The position numbers and the translations under genes were made by a program. From Anaerolineaceae bacterium UBA2274 (lineage in GTDB: Bacteria; Chloroflexota; Anaerolineae; Anaerolineales; Anaerolineaceae): a DNA stretch of 64,000 bases. The stretch lies in contig DDWY01000017.1 in the NCBI GenBank assembly GCA_002347705.1, positions 17,315 through 81,314 on the forward strand. Direction: 5' to 3'. Positions 49,271 to 57,424 of this stretch are shown piece by piece (position 1 is the first letter of the stretch; each line of letters begins with the position of its first letter). The notes beneath the pieces are model-generated. The model was not told the DNA's origin. It ran no database searches and saw only the letters and a program-made list of their open reading frames with translations.

Positions 49271-49347
49271 CACCTACCACCTATCACCCTTCCCCAATCA
49301 CCTATCACCTATCACCCATCACCTATCACCTACCGCCACCCGCCATA
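49271..49347 (+). repeat. Eleven tandem heptanucleotides (CACCTAT consensus)
   Basis: cacctac cacctat caccctt ccccaat cacctat cacctat cacccat cacctat cacctac cgccacc cgccata, ending 19 nt before the ATG at 49366. Confidence 0.95.
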
Positions 49348-49365
49348 CGCGGTACAATTGCTGCC

Positions 49366-50052
49366 ATGAGCTACCGCCCAAACCTCGATATTGCCAGCCT
49401 CTACGCCAGCTTTGCCTCCCCGATTGCCGAAGTCGACTGCGGCAGACTATGCGCACCCCACAATCCCTCCGGCAAACCCTTCTGCTGCGATATCTGCGTG
49501 GCAGTGCCCGTCGCATTGAAAGAGGAATGGGCTTACCTCAAACCCAACACCAAGCTCTGGCATCGCCTGCGCGGAGACGAGTGCCCCAGCGACCCCATCG
49601 ACGTGCCTAAGATGAAAGCTGAAACGCCCCATTACATGCACCTGATGGCCTGCCGCGGTCCAGAATACTGTGAGCGCGACTTTCGCACCCTCAGCTGCCG
49701 CCAGTTTCCCTTCTCCCCCTACATCACCGCAGACGATCGCTTCATTGGGCTCACCTACAATTGGGACTTCGAGCCGGTCTGTTGGGTCATCAGCAATCTC
49801 GACCAGGTCACCCCTGCCTATCGCCGCGAATTCATCAACATCTACGATCAACTCCTCTACGAATACCCCAAAGAATACGACAGCTACTATTTCCTCTCAG
49901 AGGACATGCGCGAAGTCTTCAAAAAGCGGCGGCGGCGCATCCCCATCCTCCACCGCGACGGGTTCGACTACCTTCTAAGCCCCGCCACCGACCGCCTCAC
50001 GCGCGTGGATGCCGCCCAATTCCGCAAATTTGGCCCCTACCAACAGTCCTGA
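49366..50052 (+). CDS. Cysteine-cluster protein, distantly YkgJ/UPF0153-like (putative Zn/Fe-chelating domain)
   Basis: 228 aa. CGRLCAPHNPSGKPFCCDIC and CRGPEYCERDFRTLSCRQFPFSPY resemble the CxxCxxCC ... C..RP..CR.FP pattern. No obvious SD. Tentative. Confidence 0.45.
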   Translation: MSYRPNLDIASLYASFASPIAEVDCGRLCAPHNPSGKPFCCDICVAVPVALKEEWAYLKPNTKLWHRLRGDECPSDPIDVPKMKAETPHYMHLMACRGPEYCERDFRTLSCRQFPFSPYITADDRFIGLTYNWDFEPVCWVISNLDQVTPAYRREFINIYDQLLYEYPKEYDSYYFLSEDMREVFKKRRRRIPILHRDGFDYLLSPATDRLTRVDAAQFRKFGPYQQS

Positions 50053-50174
50053 CTGCCCACCCTTAAACTGTCCATTAAATACACCCATTTTTTGTCTTAA
50101 CATTGGATTCTCACATTACCTCAAGTACAATTACAAACAAGAAGACTTCAAAAAGTTCGTCAGCGAGGAGAAAT

Positions 50175-51563
50175 ATGCCTATCAACAGCACATCAACCCT
50201 TCAGTTTAAAGCAACGCTAAATGATTCCAAGCCACCAATCTGGCGGCGCTTTACGATCCCCGCTGACAAGACCCTCCTGGACTTGCATGACGTCCTCCAG
50301 GTACTATTTGGCTGGGAAGATTACCACCTACACGAGTTTCGAATTGGACGTAAAAACTATGGCATACCTGATCCTGATGAGCATTTCGAAGACGAAATTC
50401 TGGATGACAGCAATTTTACGCTTTTCCAGGTGCTTGAAAAGGAAGGCCAAAGGTTCCCTTACCTCTACGATTTTGGTGACGGGTGGCAAATTGATCTCGT
50501 GATCGAGAAGGTGCAGGAATCCAGCGCAAAAGATAGGAAGGCAGTCTGCCTGGCGGGTGCGCGCAATGGGCCTCCTGAAGATGTGGGCGGCGTTTATGGC
50601 TACGAAGAGTTCCTGGAAGCGATTGCTGATCCTGCGCATGAGATGTATGCTGATTTAATTCAATGGATTGGAGGTCATTTTGACTCCGAAGAATTTGATA
50701 TCCAGGCGATCAACAAATCTTTGGGGCGGATTGGAAAGCCCATAGATTACTGGGAGGTTGATCCCAATCCTGAAGCTGAAAACCATTTCGGATACAAAAC
50801 AAGCTGGATCACTTCAGGCTCTAAAAAATTTAACAAAACGATCCAGGATTTGCCATTACGGCGAGATATTGTTGAAATGCTAACCTATATTCAGAATAAT
50901 AAGGTTGTGGGCACGGCAACGACTGGCAATTTCCCATTAAAAACAGTAGAAGAAATGGGTAAGCACTTCGTAGATCCGATAAAGGTGTGGTTTCCTAATG
51001 GGGAACGCCGATATAGATCTGAACTTGAGGTCGATACCCTGTACTTTTACCACGTCCTGGCAATTGCCGGACAGTTGCTAACTGGAGGCAAGGGGCGAAA
51101 ATGGCGTCTGACTGAACTCGGACATCGTTTTCTCGCGGAATCCCCCGCCTGGCAATACTGGCATCTGTTGATAACCTTTTGGACACAAACAAACTGGCTT
51201 TCGGTCGCGCGTGTCAACGTGCCTGAAGAAGGAATTTCAACTCCTTTTAAGGTTCTCCTCCTGTTTGTTTGCCAGAAACTCAGCCCAACATATGGAGTTT
51301 CCTTCGAGCGGTTTGTGGAAAATCTGGCAGAGAATTCCTACATCTCCTGGCAATCGCTATATTTTTCCGAGTATAAGGAAGATCTCGTTGAACAAATATG
51401 CATCAACCCCCTGATCTCATTTGGGATTTTTCAACCGGATTATGAACTCCGTAAACATAAATACTTTTCCAGGGAACACCTGAACAGGATCACTATAACT
51501 CAGCTCGGAGCAAGTGTTTTAAAAGCCTTCATGGAATCCATTGAAAAAGCCTCACCTGCATAA
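50175..51563 (+). CDS. pRiA4b ORF-3-like (MM3350-like, PF07929-type) domain protein with a ~290-aa uncharacterised C-terminal region
   Basis: Start at ATG 50175 (GAGGAG upstream). LQFKATLNDSKPPIWRRFTIPADKTLLDLHDVLQVLFGWEDYHLHEF ... YLYDFGDGWQIDLVIEKV ... PPEDVGGVYGYEEFLEAI. The ORF-track start is 50103. Confidence 0.75.
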   Translation: MPINSTSTLQFKATLNDSKPPIWRRFTIPADKTLLDLHDVLQVLFGWEDYHLHEFRIGRKNYGIPDPDEHFEDEILDDSNFTLFQVLEKEGQRFPYLYDFGDGWQIDLVIEKVQESSAKDRKAVCLAGARNGPPEDVGGVYGYEEFLEAIADPAHEMYADLIQWIGGHFDSEEFDIQAINKSLGRIGKPIDYWEVDPNPEAENHFGYKTSWITSGSKKFNKTIQDLPLRRDIVEMLTYIQNNKVVGTATTGNFPLKTVEEMGKHFVDPIKVWFPNGERRYRSELEVDTLYFYHVLAIAGQLLTGGKGRKWRLTELGHRFLAESPAWQYWHLLITFWTQTNWLSVARVNVPEEGISTPFKVLLLFVCQKLSPTYGVSFERFVENLAENSYISWQSLYFSEYKEDLVEQICINPLISFGIFQPDYELRKHKYFSREHLNRITITQLGASVLKAFMESIEKASPA

Positions 51564-51606
51564 TTCCGCAAGGTAAGAAACTCGTTCAAAGTTCTATTAA
51601 AAACAC

Positions 51607-51642
51607 TCCCCAGGGTCAATAATATTCCTGGGGACTTGTTTT
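51607..51642 (+). terminator. Rho-independent terminator after the pRiA4b-like gene
   Basis: tccccagg (51607-51614) / cctgggga (51627-51634): an 8-bp stem with a 12-nt loop, followed by cttgtttt. Confidence 0.6.
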
Positions 51643-51822
51643 GAAAGGTCTGCCTCCCATCGGGAGCGTCTTTTACATTTGTGCCCCAAAGCAAGTTGTC
51701 CGATCTGGATTTGCTCACTTTCTGACAGAACCCACTGCATACTGCCATACACACGTGGTAACATTATTCCGAATTTCCGACCATATCCAACCAGGGCTGC
51801 CGCACACCTGAGTGAGAGTCAA

Positions 51823-52500
51823 ATGAACCAGACACTAAAACCAAACCAACATCTGATTGTCCTTGCCGGGAATATCGGCAGCGGAAAGACTTCCCTGACC
51901 CAACAGCTCAGCCAACACTTTGGATGGGAGGCATCCTACGAATCGGTGGATAACAACCCCTATTTAGCCGATTTCTATGCGGATATGCGCGCTTGGGCCT
52001 TCCATCTTCAGATGTATTTCCTGGGCAACCGCGCCCAGGAGGTTGAAACCCTGCTTAGTTCTGGCCGCTCTGCCATCATGGATCGCAGCATTTATGAGGA
52101 TGCCCACATTTTTGTGCGCGCCTTGCACGAGATGAACAATCTTTCGGACCGGGACTATCACGCCTATTTCAAGTTATACGAACTGGTGCTCAGGCAGTTG
52201 CCAAAACCCTCGCTGCTGATCCGCCTGGTTGCGCCGGTTGAGACCCTGGTTGAGAGGATCCAGCAGCGGGCGCGTTCGATTGAAGACACGATCGACCCCG
52301 ATTACCTGCGCCTGCTCGACAGCTACTACCAGCAGTGGGCGGCTGAATACGCCGAAAGCCCCGTCCTGACGGTCAACAGCCAGCTTTTTGACTTCGTCAA
52401 CAATCCCCTTCACCTCGGGGAAATCATCGATGGGATTGAGCATTGCCTCAGCACCAACTCCAACCTGAGCTTATACGAGCCGGGTAACAGTCAAGGTTGA
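51823..52500 (+). CDS. Deoxynucleoside kinase (dAK/dGK/dCK family)
   Basis: Start at ATG 51823. LIVLAGNIGSGKTSLTQQL P-loop, NPYLADFY, DRSIYED, LIRLVAP..L.ERIQQRAR lid. The ORF-track start is 51679. Confidence 0.88.
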   Translation: MNQTLKPNQHLIVLAGNIGSGKTSLTQQLSQHFGWEASYESVDNNPYLADFYADMRAWAFHLQMYFLGNRAQEVETLLSSGRSAIMDRSIYEDAHIFVRALHEMNNLSDRDYHAYFKLYELVLRQLPKPSLLIRLVAPVETLVERIQQRARSIEDTIDPDYLRLLDSYYQQWAAEYAESPVLTVNSQLFDFVNNPLHLGEIIDGIEHCLSTNSNLSLYEPGNSQG

Positions 52501-52621
52501 GCACCTTGACCTCATTTTTCCTATAAATCATGGACTTTACAAGGTCGACTAATTATCAATAAGTAAGATTTTTGATGCTGATATCTGTCAATTATGCGAG
52601 ATCAAACAAGGATGTTGTCTG

Positions 52622-54706
52622 ATGGATAGAACACATACATTAACACTTCTAAGAAAAATGATCGGGGAAGATAAAGATTTCCGTCCCGGTCAGTGGGAAG
52701 CTATCGAAGCAGTGGCAAGCAAAAAACAGCGGACACTAGTTGTCCAACGCACAGGATGGGGAAAAAGTCTGGTTTACTTCCTCGCGACAAAATTATTACG
52801 CGAGCAAGGTTCCGGTCCCACAGTGCTCATCAGCCCATTATTGTCACTCATGCGCAATCAAATTGAAATGGCCGGAAGGATTGGCATTCGCGCATTCACG
52901 ATAAACAGCGCGAACAAGCAAGAATGGGCAGCTATTGAAGAAGCTTTAGCAAAAGATGAATGTGATTTAATACTCATTTCCCCAGAACGGTTAAATAATG
53001 AGCATTTCCTGAAAGATGTCCTTCCACAAATTTCCGGCCGGATCGGTCTTTTTGTAGTGGATGAAGCGCATTGTATCTCCGATTGGGGACATGATTTTCG
53101 TCCGGATTACCGCCGAATCGTGCGGATCGTTCAGATGCTGCCAAGAGGCATCCCCGTACTCGGAACAACCGCCACCGCCAACGACCGGGTGGTTAAGGAT
53201 GTTCAGGCTCAGTTAGGACCTGGGCTGACTGTTCATCGTGGGCCGCTAGTACGTGAATCTCTACGTTTACAAAATATCACACTCGCGAATCAAAGTGAAA
53301 GATTGGCTTGGTTAGCGGAAAATCTGCCAAAATTCAAGGGGAGCGGCATTATTTACTGTCTGACGGTTGCGGATACAGAACGGGTAACCGGCTGGTTAAA
53401 ACAAAAAGGCTTTTCTGCTGAGGCCTATCACGCTGGTGGTAATGGAACTATGGATCGACCGGCATTAGAACAGGCCTTCCTCAACAATAAAATCAAGATA
53501 TTGGTTGCTACTGTGGCATTGGGAATGGGCTTCGATAAGCCAGATATCGACTTTGTCATCCATTTTCAACGCCCCGGATCAGTTGTGGCATATTATCAGC
53601 AGGTAGGCCGTGCCGGACGAGCAGTGGAAAAGTCATACGGTATTTTGTTAAGTGGCAATGAAGATGATCAAATTCAGAACTACTTTATTGAATCAGCATT
53701 TCCAAGCATAGATGTGACAAAAGACTTACTGAAAGTACTTGAAAATAGCGAAGGATTGTCATTGTATGAAATTTTATCGAAGGTAAACATATCAAAGTCA
53801 ACGGCAGAGAAAGCCCTTAAGTTGTTGGAAGTTGATGGAATTGTTGGGCAGACATGGGATAATAAGGTGCTTTACTTCCGAACGCCAAACCCTTGGCGAC
53901 CTGATGTCGAGCGAGTAAATCGTGTGTTGGATTTACGAAGATCCGAACTCGCGCAAATGCAAGAATACGTTGATCATCAGGGTTGCTTGATGAAATTTTT
54001 ACTGAACGCATTGGATGATCCTCATCCTGCTGCTTGCGATCGCTGCGCGAATTGCAAGGGGCGAGGATTTTCCGGGGAAGTTGATCAAAAAATGGTAATT
54101 GAAGCGGAAAGTTTCCTGAAAAGCGATCAAATCATCATCCAACCGCGCGTGCTATGGCCATTTGCGTTGTTTCCAGACCAAAAGCGAAAGATTCCACTGG
54201 AGTATCAGAATACCGACGGGCGTTCATTATGTTATTATGGTGACGCGGGTTGGGGAAAACTGGTTCAATCAGGGAAATATCAGGAAGGTCATTTTAGTAA
54301 TGAATTAGTAAAAGCAGCGGCTCATTTAATCCGCGACATGTGGCAGCCCAATCCTTTTCCAGGCTGGGTTACCGCAATTCCGTCTACACGTCATCCCAAG
54401 CTCGTGGCCGAGTTTGCTCGCCGCCTGGCTGATTCACTGCAGATCCCTTTCTACCCCGTTATTGATCGGATCAGGGAAGCCCCCGAACAAAAAACCATGC
54501 AGAACAGCTCCAAGCAAGCTCATAATGTGTTCAATACAATACGGATAGTTCAAACAATCTCTCATGAGCCTGTATTATTGGTTGATGATATTATTGATTC
54601 GGGATGGACATTGACAATGGCTGGATACTTGTTGAAAAAGCAAGGGAGCGGGCTGGTTTACCCATTTACATTGGCACGAGCTACTTCAAGGAACGCAAAC
54701 GGATGA
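52622..54706 (+). CDS. RecQ-family DNA helicase fused to a C-terminal ComFC-like phosphoribosyltransferase-fold domain
   Basis: 694 aa. QRTGWGKS (Walker A), FVVDEAHCISDWGHDFRPDY, GTTATA, QQVGRAGR, zinc subdomain GCLMKF..CDRCANCKG. There is no HRDC domain. The C-terminus instead carries WVTAIPSTRHPKLVAEFARRLA, EQKTMQNSSKQAHNVFNT and the PRPP-loop-like VLLVDDIIDSGWTLT. Confidence 0.85.
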   Translation: MDRTHTLTLLRKMIGEDKDFRPGQWEAIEAVASKKQRTLVVQRTGWGKSLVYFLATKLLREQGSGPTVLISPLLSLMRNQIEMAGRIGIRAFTINSANKQEWAAIEEALAKDECDLILISPERLNNEHFLKDVLPQISGRIGLFVVDEAHCISDWGHDFRPDYRRIVRIVQMLPRGIPVLGTTATANDRVVKDVQAQLGPGLTVHRGPLVRESLRLQNITLANQSERLAWLAENLPKFKGSGIIYCLTVADTERVTGWLKQKGFSAEAYHAGGNGTMDRPALEQAFLNNKIKILVATVALGMGFDKPDIDFVIHFQRPGSVVAYYQQVGRAGRAVEKSYGILLSGNEDDQIQNYFIESAFPSIDVTKDLLKVLENSEGLSLYEILSKVNISKSTAEKALKLLEVDGIVGQTWDNKVLYFRTPNPWRPDVERVNRVLDLRRSELAQMQEYVDHQGCLMKFLLNALDDPHPAACDRCANCKGRGFSGEVDQKMVIEAESFLKSDQIIIQPRVLWPFALFPDQKRKIPLEYQNTDGRSLCYYGDAGWGKLVQSGKYQEGHFSNELVKAAAHLIRDMWQPNPFPGWVTAIPSTRHPKLVAEFARRLADSLQIPFYPVIDRIREAPEQKTMQNSSKQAHNVFNTIRIVQTISHEPVLLVDDIIDSGWTLTMAGYLLKKQGSGLVYPFTLARATSRNANG

Positions 54707-55686
54707 CACTTTCACCTGATTCTCAAACCTTATTATTGCTTTGTTCGCATCTGGGGCTTTCTTCTGCGTCTGAGTATGCACCAATGACGTTGAAAAACTG
54801 GAATCCATTAGCAAAAAAGTTGCTATCCATCTCTAAACGTCCAGCAGATTTATTAGAGCTCGATAAAGAGGAACTCAAAAATCTGCTGGAGATAACTGAA
54901 GAGGAAGCTGAACGAATCGCACACCTTCTTCAAAGAAGTGGAACCGTTGCAATTGAGTTGGAACGCCTCAACTCTTTGGGAATTGATGTGATTACCAGAG
55001 CAGATTCAGATTATCCTTTACGATACAAGCAGCGCCTAAAAGAAGCAGCTCCAACGATTCTTTTTTACGCTGGCGAGAAAGATCTTTTAGGGCAGCCCGG
55101 CATTGCTGTAGTGGGATCGCGTCATCTGGATGACGCTGGTCAAGCTTGTGCTGAATTTGTGGGCAATGCCTGTGGATTGTCCGGATTGGTATTGTATTCT
55201 GGCGGAGCAAAGGGAGTTGATTCTATCAGCATGAACGCAGCATTAACTTCAAGAGGAACTGCTGTTGGAATACTCGCTGATAGTTTGGAAAAATCTATTA
55301 GAAATCCAGAAAATCGTGATGCAATTTATCGTGGTGATTTATGTCTTGTAACCCCATATTCTCCTAATGCTCCTTTTTCAGTCGGCACAGCAATGGGTAG
55401 AAACAAATTAATTTATACCCTTGCTGATTATGCAATAGTAGTGGCAAGTGATGCAGAAAAGGGCGGCACCTGGGCTGGCGCGACCGAAGCGCTAAAATCG
55501 AAATGGCTTCCAGTTTTTGTCTTAGACCATCCCGACATGCCCGAAGGAAATAAAATGCTCCTGCAAAAGGGCGCTTTACAATTTCCCCACCCCTTTCCAG
55601 AACATCACCAGGAATTGAAATCCTGGCTGGATAAGCATACTGCAGAGATCAAATCTGATCCTTGTCAGTTGTCACTGTTTTACTGA
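54703..55686 (+). CDS. DprA/Smf-like (SLOG superfamily) DNA-processing protein
   Basis: The ATG at 54703 overlaps the recQ-like TGA (ATGA), with AAGGAA upstream. 327 aa. ADSDYPLRYKQ, PGIAVVGSRHLDDAG, LYSGGAKGVDSISMNAAL, GRNKLIYTLADYAIVVASDAEKGGTWAGA follow the DprA Rossmann pattern. The ORF-track start is 54604. Confidence 0.8.
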   Translation: MTLSPDSQTLLLLCSHLGLSSASEYAPMTLKNWNPLAKKLLSISKRPADLLELDKEELKNLLEITEEEAERIAHLLQRSGTVAIELERLNSLGIDVITRADSDYPLRYKQRLKEAAPTILFYAGEKDLLGQPGIAVVGSRHLDDAGQACAEFVGNACGLSGLVLYSGGAKGVDSISMNAALTSRGTAVGILADSLEKSIRNPENRDAIYRGDLCLVTPYSPNAPFSVGTAMGRNKLIYTLADYAIVVASDAEKGGTWAGATEALKSKWLPVFVLDHPDMPEGNKMLLQKGALQFPHPFPEHHQELKSWLDKHTAEIKSDPCQLSLFY

Positions 55687-55852
55687 ACATAAGATTGAGT
55701 CTAACAGATCCTGGGCAGGCAAAATTATGATTAATCACCCCATCCTTGTGCTTTTGTGGACGTGATGGTCACTTAACTGAGCACGGGAAGTGATCTCAGG
55801 CTCTATAAAAGCGTAGCTAAAGATCATTGGAAACCCAACAGTGAAACACAAG

Positions 55853-55886
55853 AAAAAAAACCAGAACTAATCCGGATTCAATCTGG
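55853..55886 (-). terminator. Candidate rho-independent terminator after the TM2 gene
   Basis: The minus strand reads ccagattgaatccggattagttctgg followed by TTTTTTTT (plus-strand poly-A at 55853-55860). The stem is interrupted. Confidence 0.45.
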
Positions 55887-55945
55887 ACGAATCCCCACCC
55901 CTTCTCTTTTTATGAACAATAACGATCCCCCTAAAAACAATAACC

Positions 55946-56356
55946 TTATCTACTATACATGGCGTAATATTCTCGCGCTTTGGTCTCGTTGTACCTGGCG
56001 ACTGTCCCAGAGATGCCAAATGCTTCAAAAAGCGCAATCCAGGCAGGTATGGTGGTCCAGGCAAAGAGGATGAAGAGGATACCTGCTACAGTTTGTCCAA
56101 GATAAAACTTGTGAGCCCCGAGTCCGCCCAAAAATAAAGCCAATAAGACCGCAGTTGTAGGGTTCTTCTTGACCGAATTGATTTGCAGCAAAAAAGGTGT
56201 CTGCTTGTCGGCAGGAAGCGATGTTACCATATTCATAATGTTCGCTTCGCTTTGTTGTGCAATTTCCTTGCTTTTTCCCAGGGTAAGTATCAAGGCGACT
56301 AATATACCAACAACGAGTAACACAAAGACTATTAAAATCCAGCTGCCATCTTCCAT
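55946..56356 (-). CDS. TM2 domain-containing membrane protein
   Basis: Start at ATG 56356 (GGAGGA 5 nt upstream). The TM2 signature is LLALFLGGLGAHKFYLGQTVAGILFILF. The ORF-track GTG start is 56368. Confidence 0.8.
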   Translation of the reverse strand: MEDGSWILIVFVLLVVGILVALILTLGKSKEIAQQSEANIMNMVTSLPADKQTPFLLQINSVKKNPTTAVLLALFLGGLGAHKFYLGQTVAGILFILFAWTTIPAWIALFEAFGISGTVARYNETKAREYYAMYSR

Positions 56357-56591
56357 TGCATCCTCCACCTCTGATTTGGGAATTTGCGTCGTTACATCCC
56401 CATGAATATTTGTTATATTAGCATAATTTCATCAAAAAATCAACGTTTTTTTGAGAGGATTGCAACCATATTTTGATTGACTTTTTGAAAACTTGAAAAT
56501 CACTAAAGACTCTGAGGTTTTGTATTTGCAGTCTTAGTCGCAGCCCTGCAAGGATGATCTTTTAAACATTCCCAGCTCAGTCAAGTTGCAT

Positions 56592-56624
56592 AAAAAAATC
56601 CACTGTTATGAAGTGGATTTTTTC
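56592..56624. terminator. Symmetric A-tract/stem/T-tract hairpin (bidirectional terminator-like) at the 5' break of the IS110 remnant
   Basis: aaaaaaatccact-gttatga-agtggattttttc. Confidence 0.5.
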
Positions 56625-57101
56625 AACACCCTCGAAATTCAGTGCTTGCTCCAACTTATTGAGCTACTGGAGCAACAAAGATCCCAGGTGGATGCTAAAG
56701 TAGAGCAGTTGATGAACGCAATCCCTCACCACATCATTACCATCCCAGGCATTGGGCAGGTAACTGGCGCCATGCTCCTGGCTGAAATTGGCAACATCAA
56801 TCGTTTTCCTGCTCTTGAACAACTGGTTGCCTATACTGGAATTGATGCCTCTGTCTTCAAAACCGGCCAATTTGAGGGCGATGAGACGCATATGAGCAAA
56901 CGAGGCTCGCATTACTTGCGTTATGCCTTGTGGCAAGCAGCCACTGCCTCTTTGTTGCATAACCCTGAATTGAAGCAGTATTACGATAAGAAACGCGCTG
57001 AAGGCAAGCAACATGGTGTTGCCATGGGGGCAGTTTGCCATAAACTCCTCAGCCGCATTTTTGTCATCATGAAGGAGCAAAGACCCGATGTAACCCATTA
57101 A
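56625..57101 (+). mobile_element. IS110-family transposase remnant (C-terminal Transposase_20-type half only; degraded)
   Basis: IPGIGQVTGAMLLAEIGNINRFPALEQLVAYTGIDASVFKTGQFEGDETHMSKRGSHYLRYALWQAA. There is no N-terminal DEDD/RuvC-like domain upstream. The only in-frame start is a TTG inside the hairpin. Confidence 0.8.
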
Positions 57102-57424
57102 CTTCTTTATTTTCCCCCTTGACTTCTAATAACAGGTCTGAACGAATTGAAGAATCATAATTAAGAAGTGCTTAGATCCTTCGCTGACGCTCAAGATGAC
57201 AAATAGTCGTAGGGCGGAATGCGCCTCTGTTGCGCACTCCGCCAAAACAGCGCAAGGAAGGTTTTCGATTGTCGGAGTGAGCCCGCGACAAGCTCACAAA
57301 AAGTAATATTTCCTGGCGGTCTCATTACACAGCTTCGCTGGTACTTCGTCCGACCTACGAGAAATCTTTATAAAAAATCTCCAAACCATCCGATCCTAAC
57401 GCCAACCTACCCTACGGTTTACGG

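Noticed and set aside
51823-52500. The deoxynucleoside kinase as a third component of the RecQ::PRTase/DprA module.
   Set aside because: It is separated from the pair by a 121-nt AT-rich spacer. Its composition resembles the GC-rich housekeeping genes, and such kinases are common stand-alone salvage enzymes. Linkage cannot be excluded without neighbourhood statistics.
56586-57101. An intact, active IS110 element.
   Set aside because: Only the C-terminal domain is present. No DEDD catalytic domain is encoded upstream, and the apparent start is a TTG inside a terminator-like hairpin.
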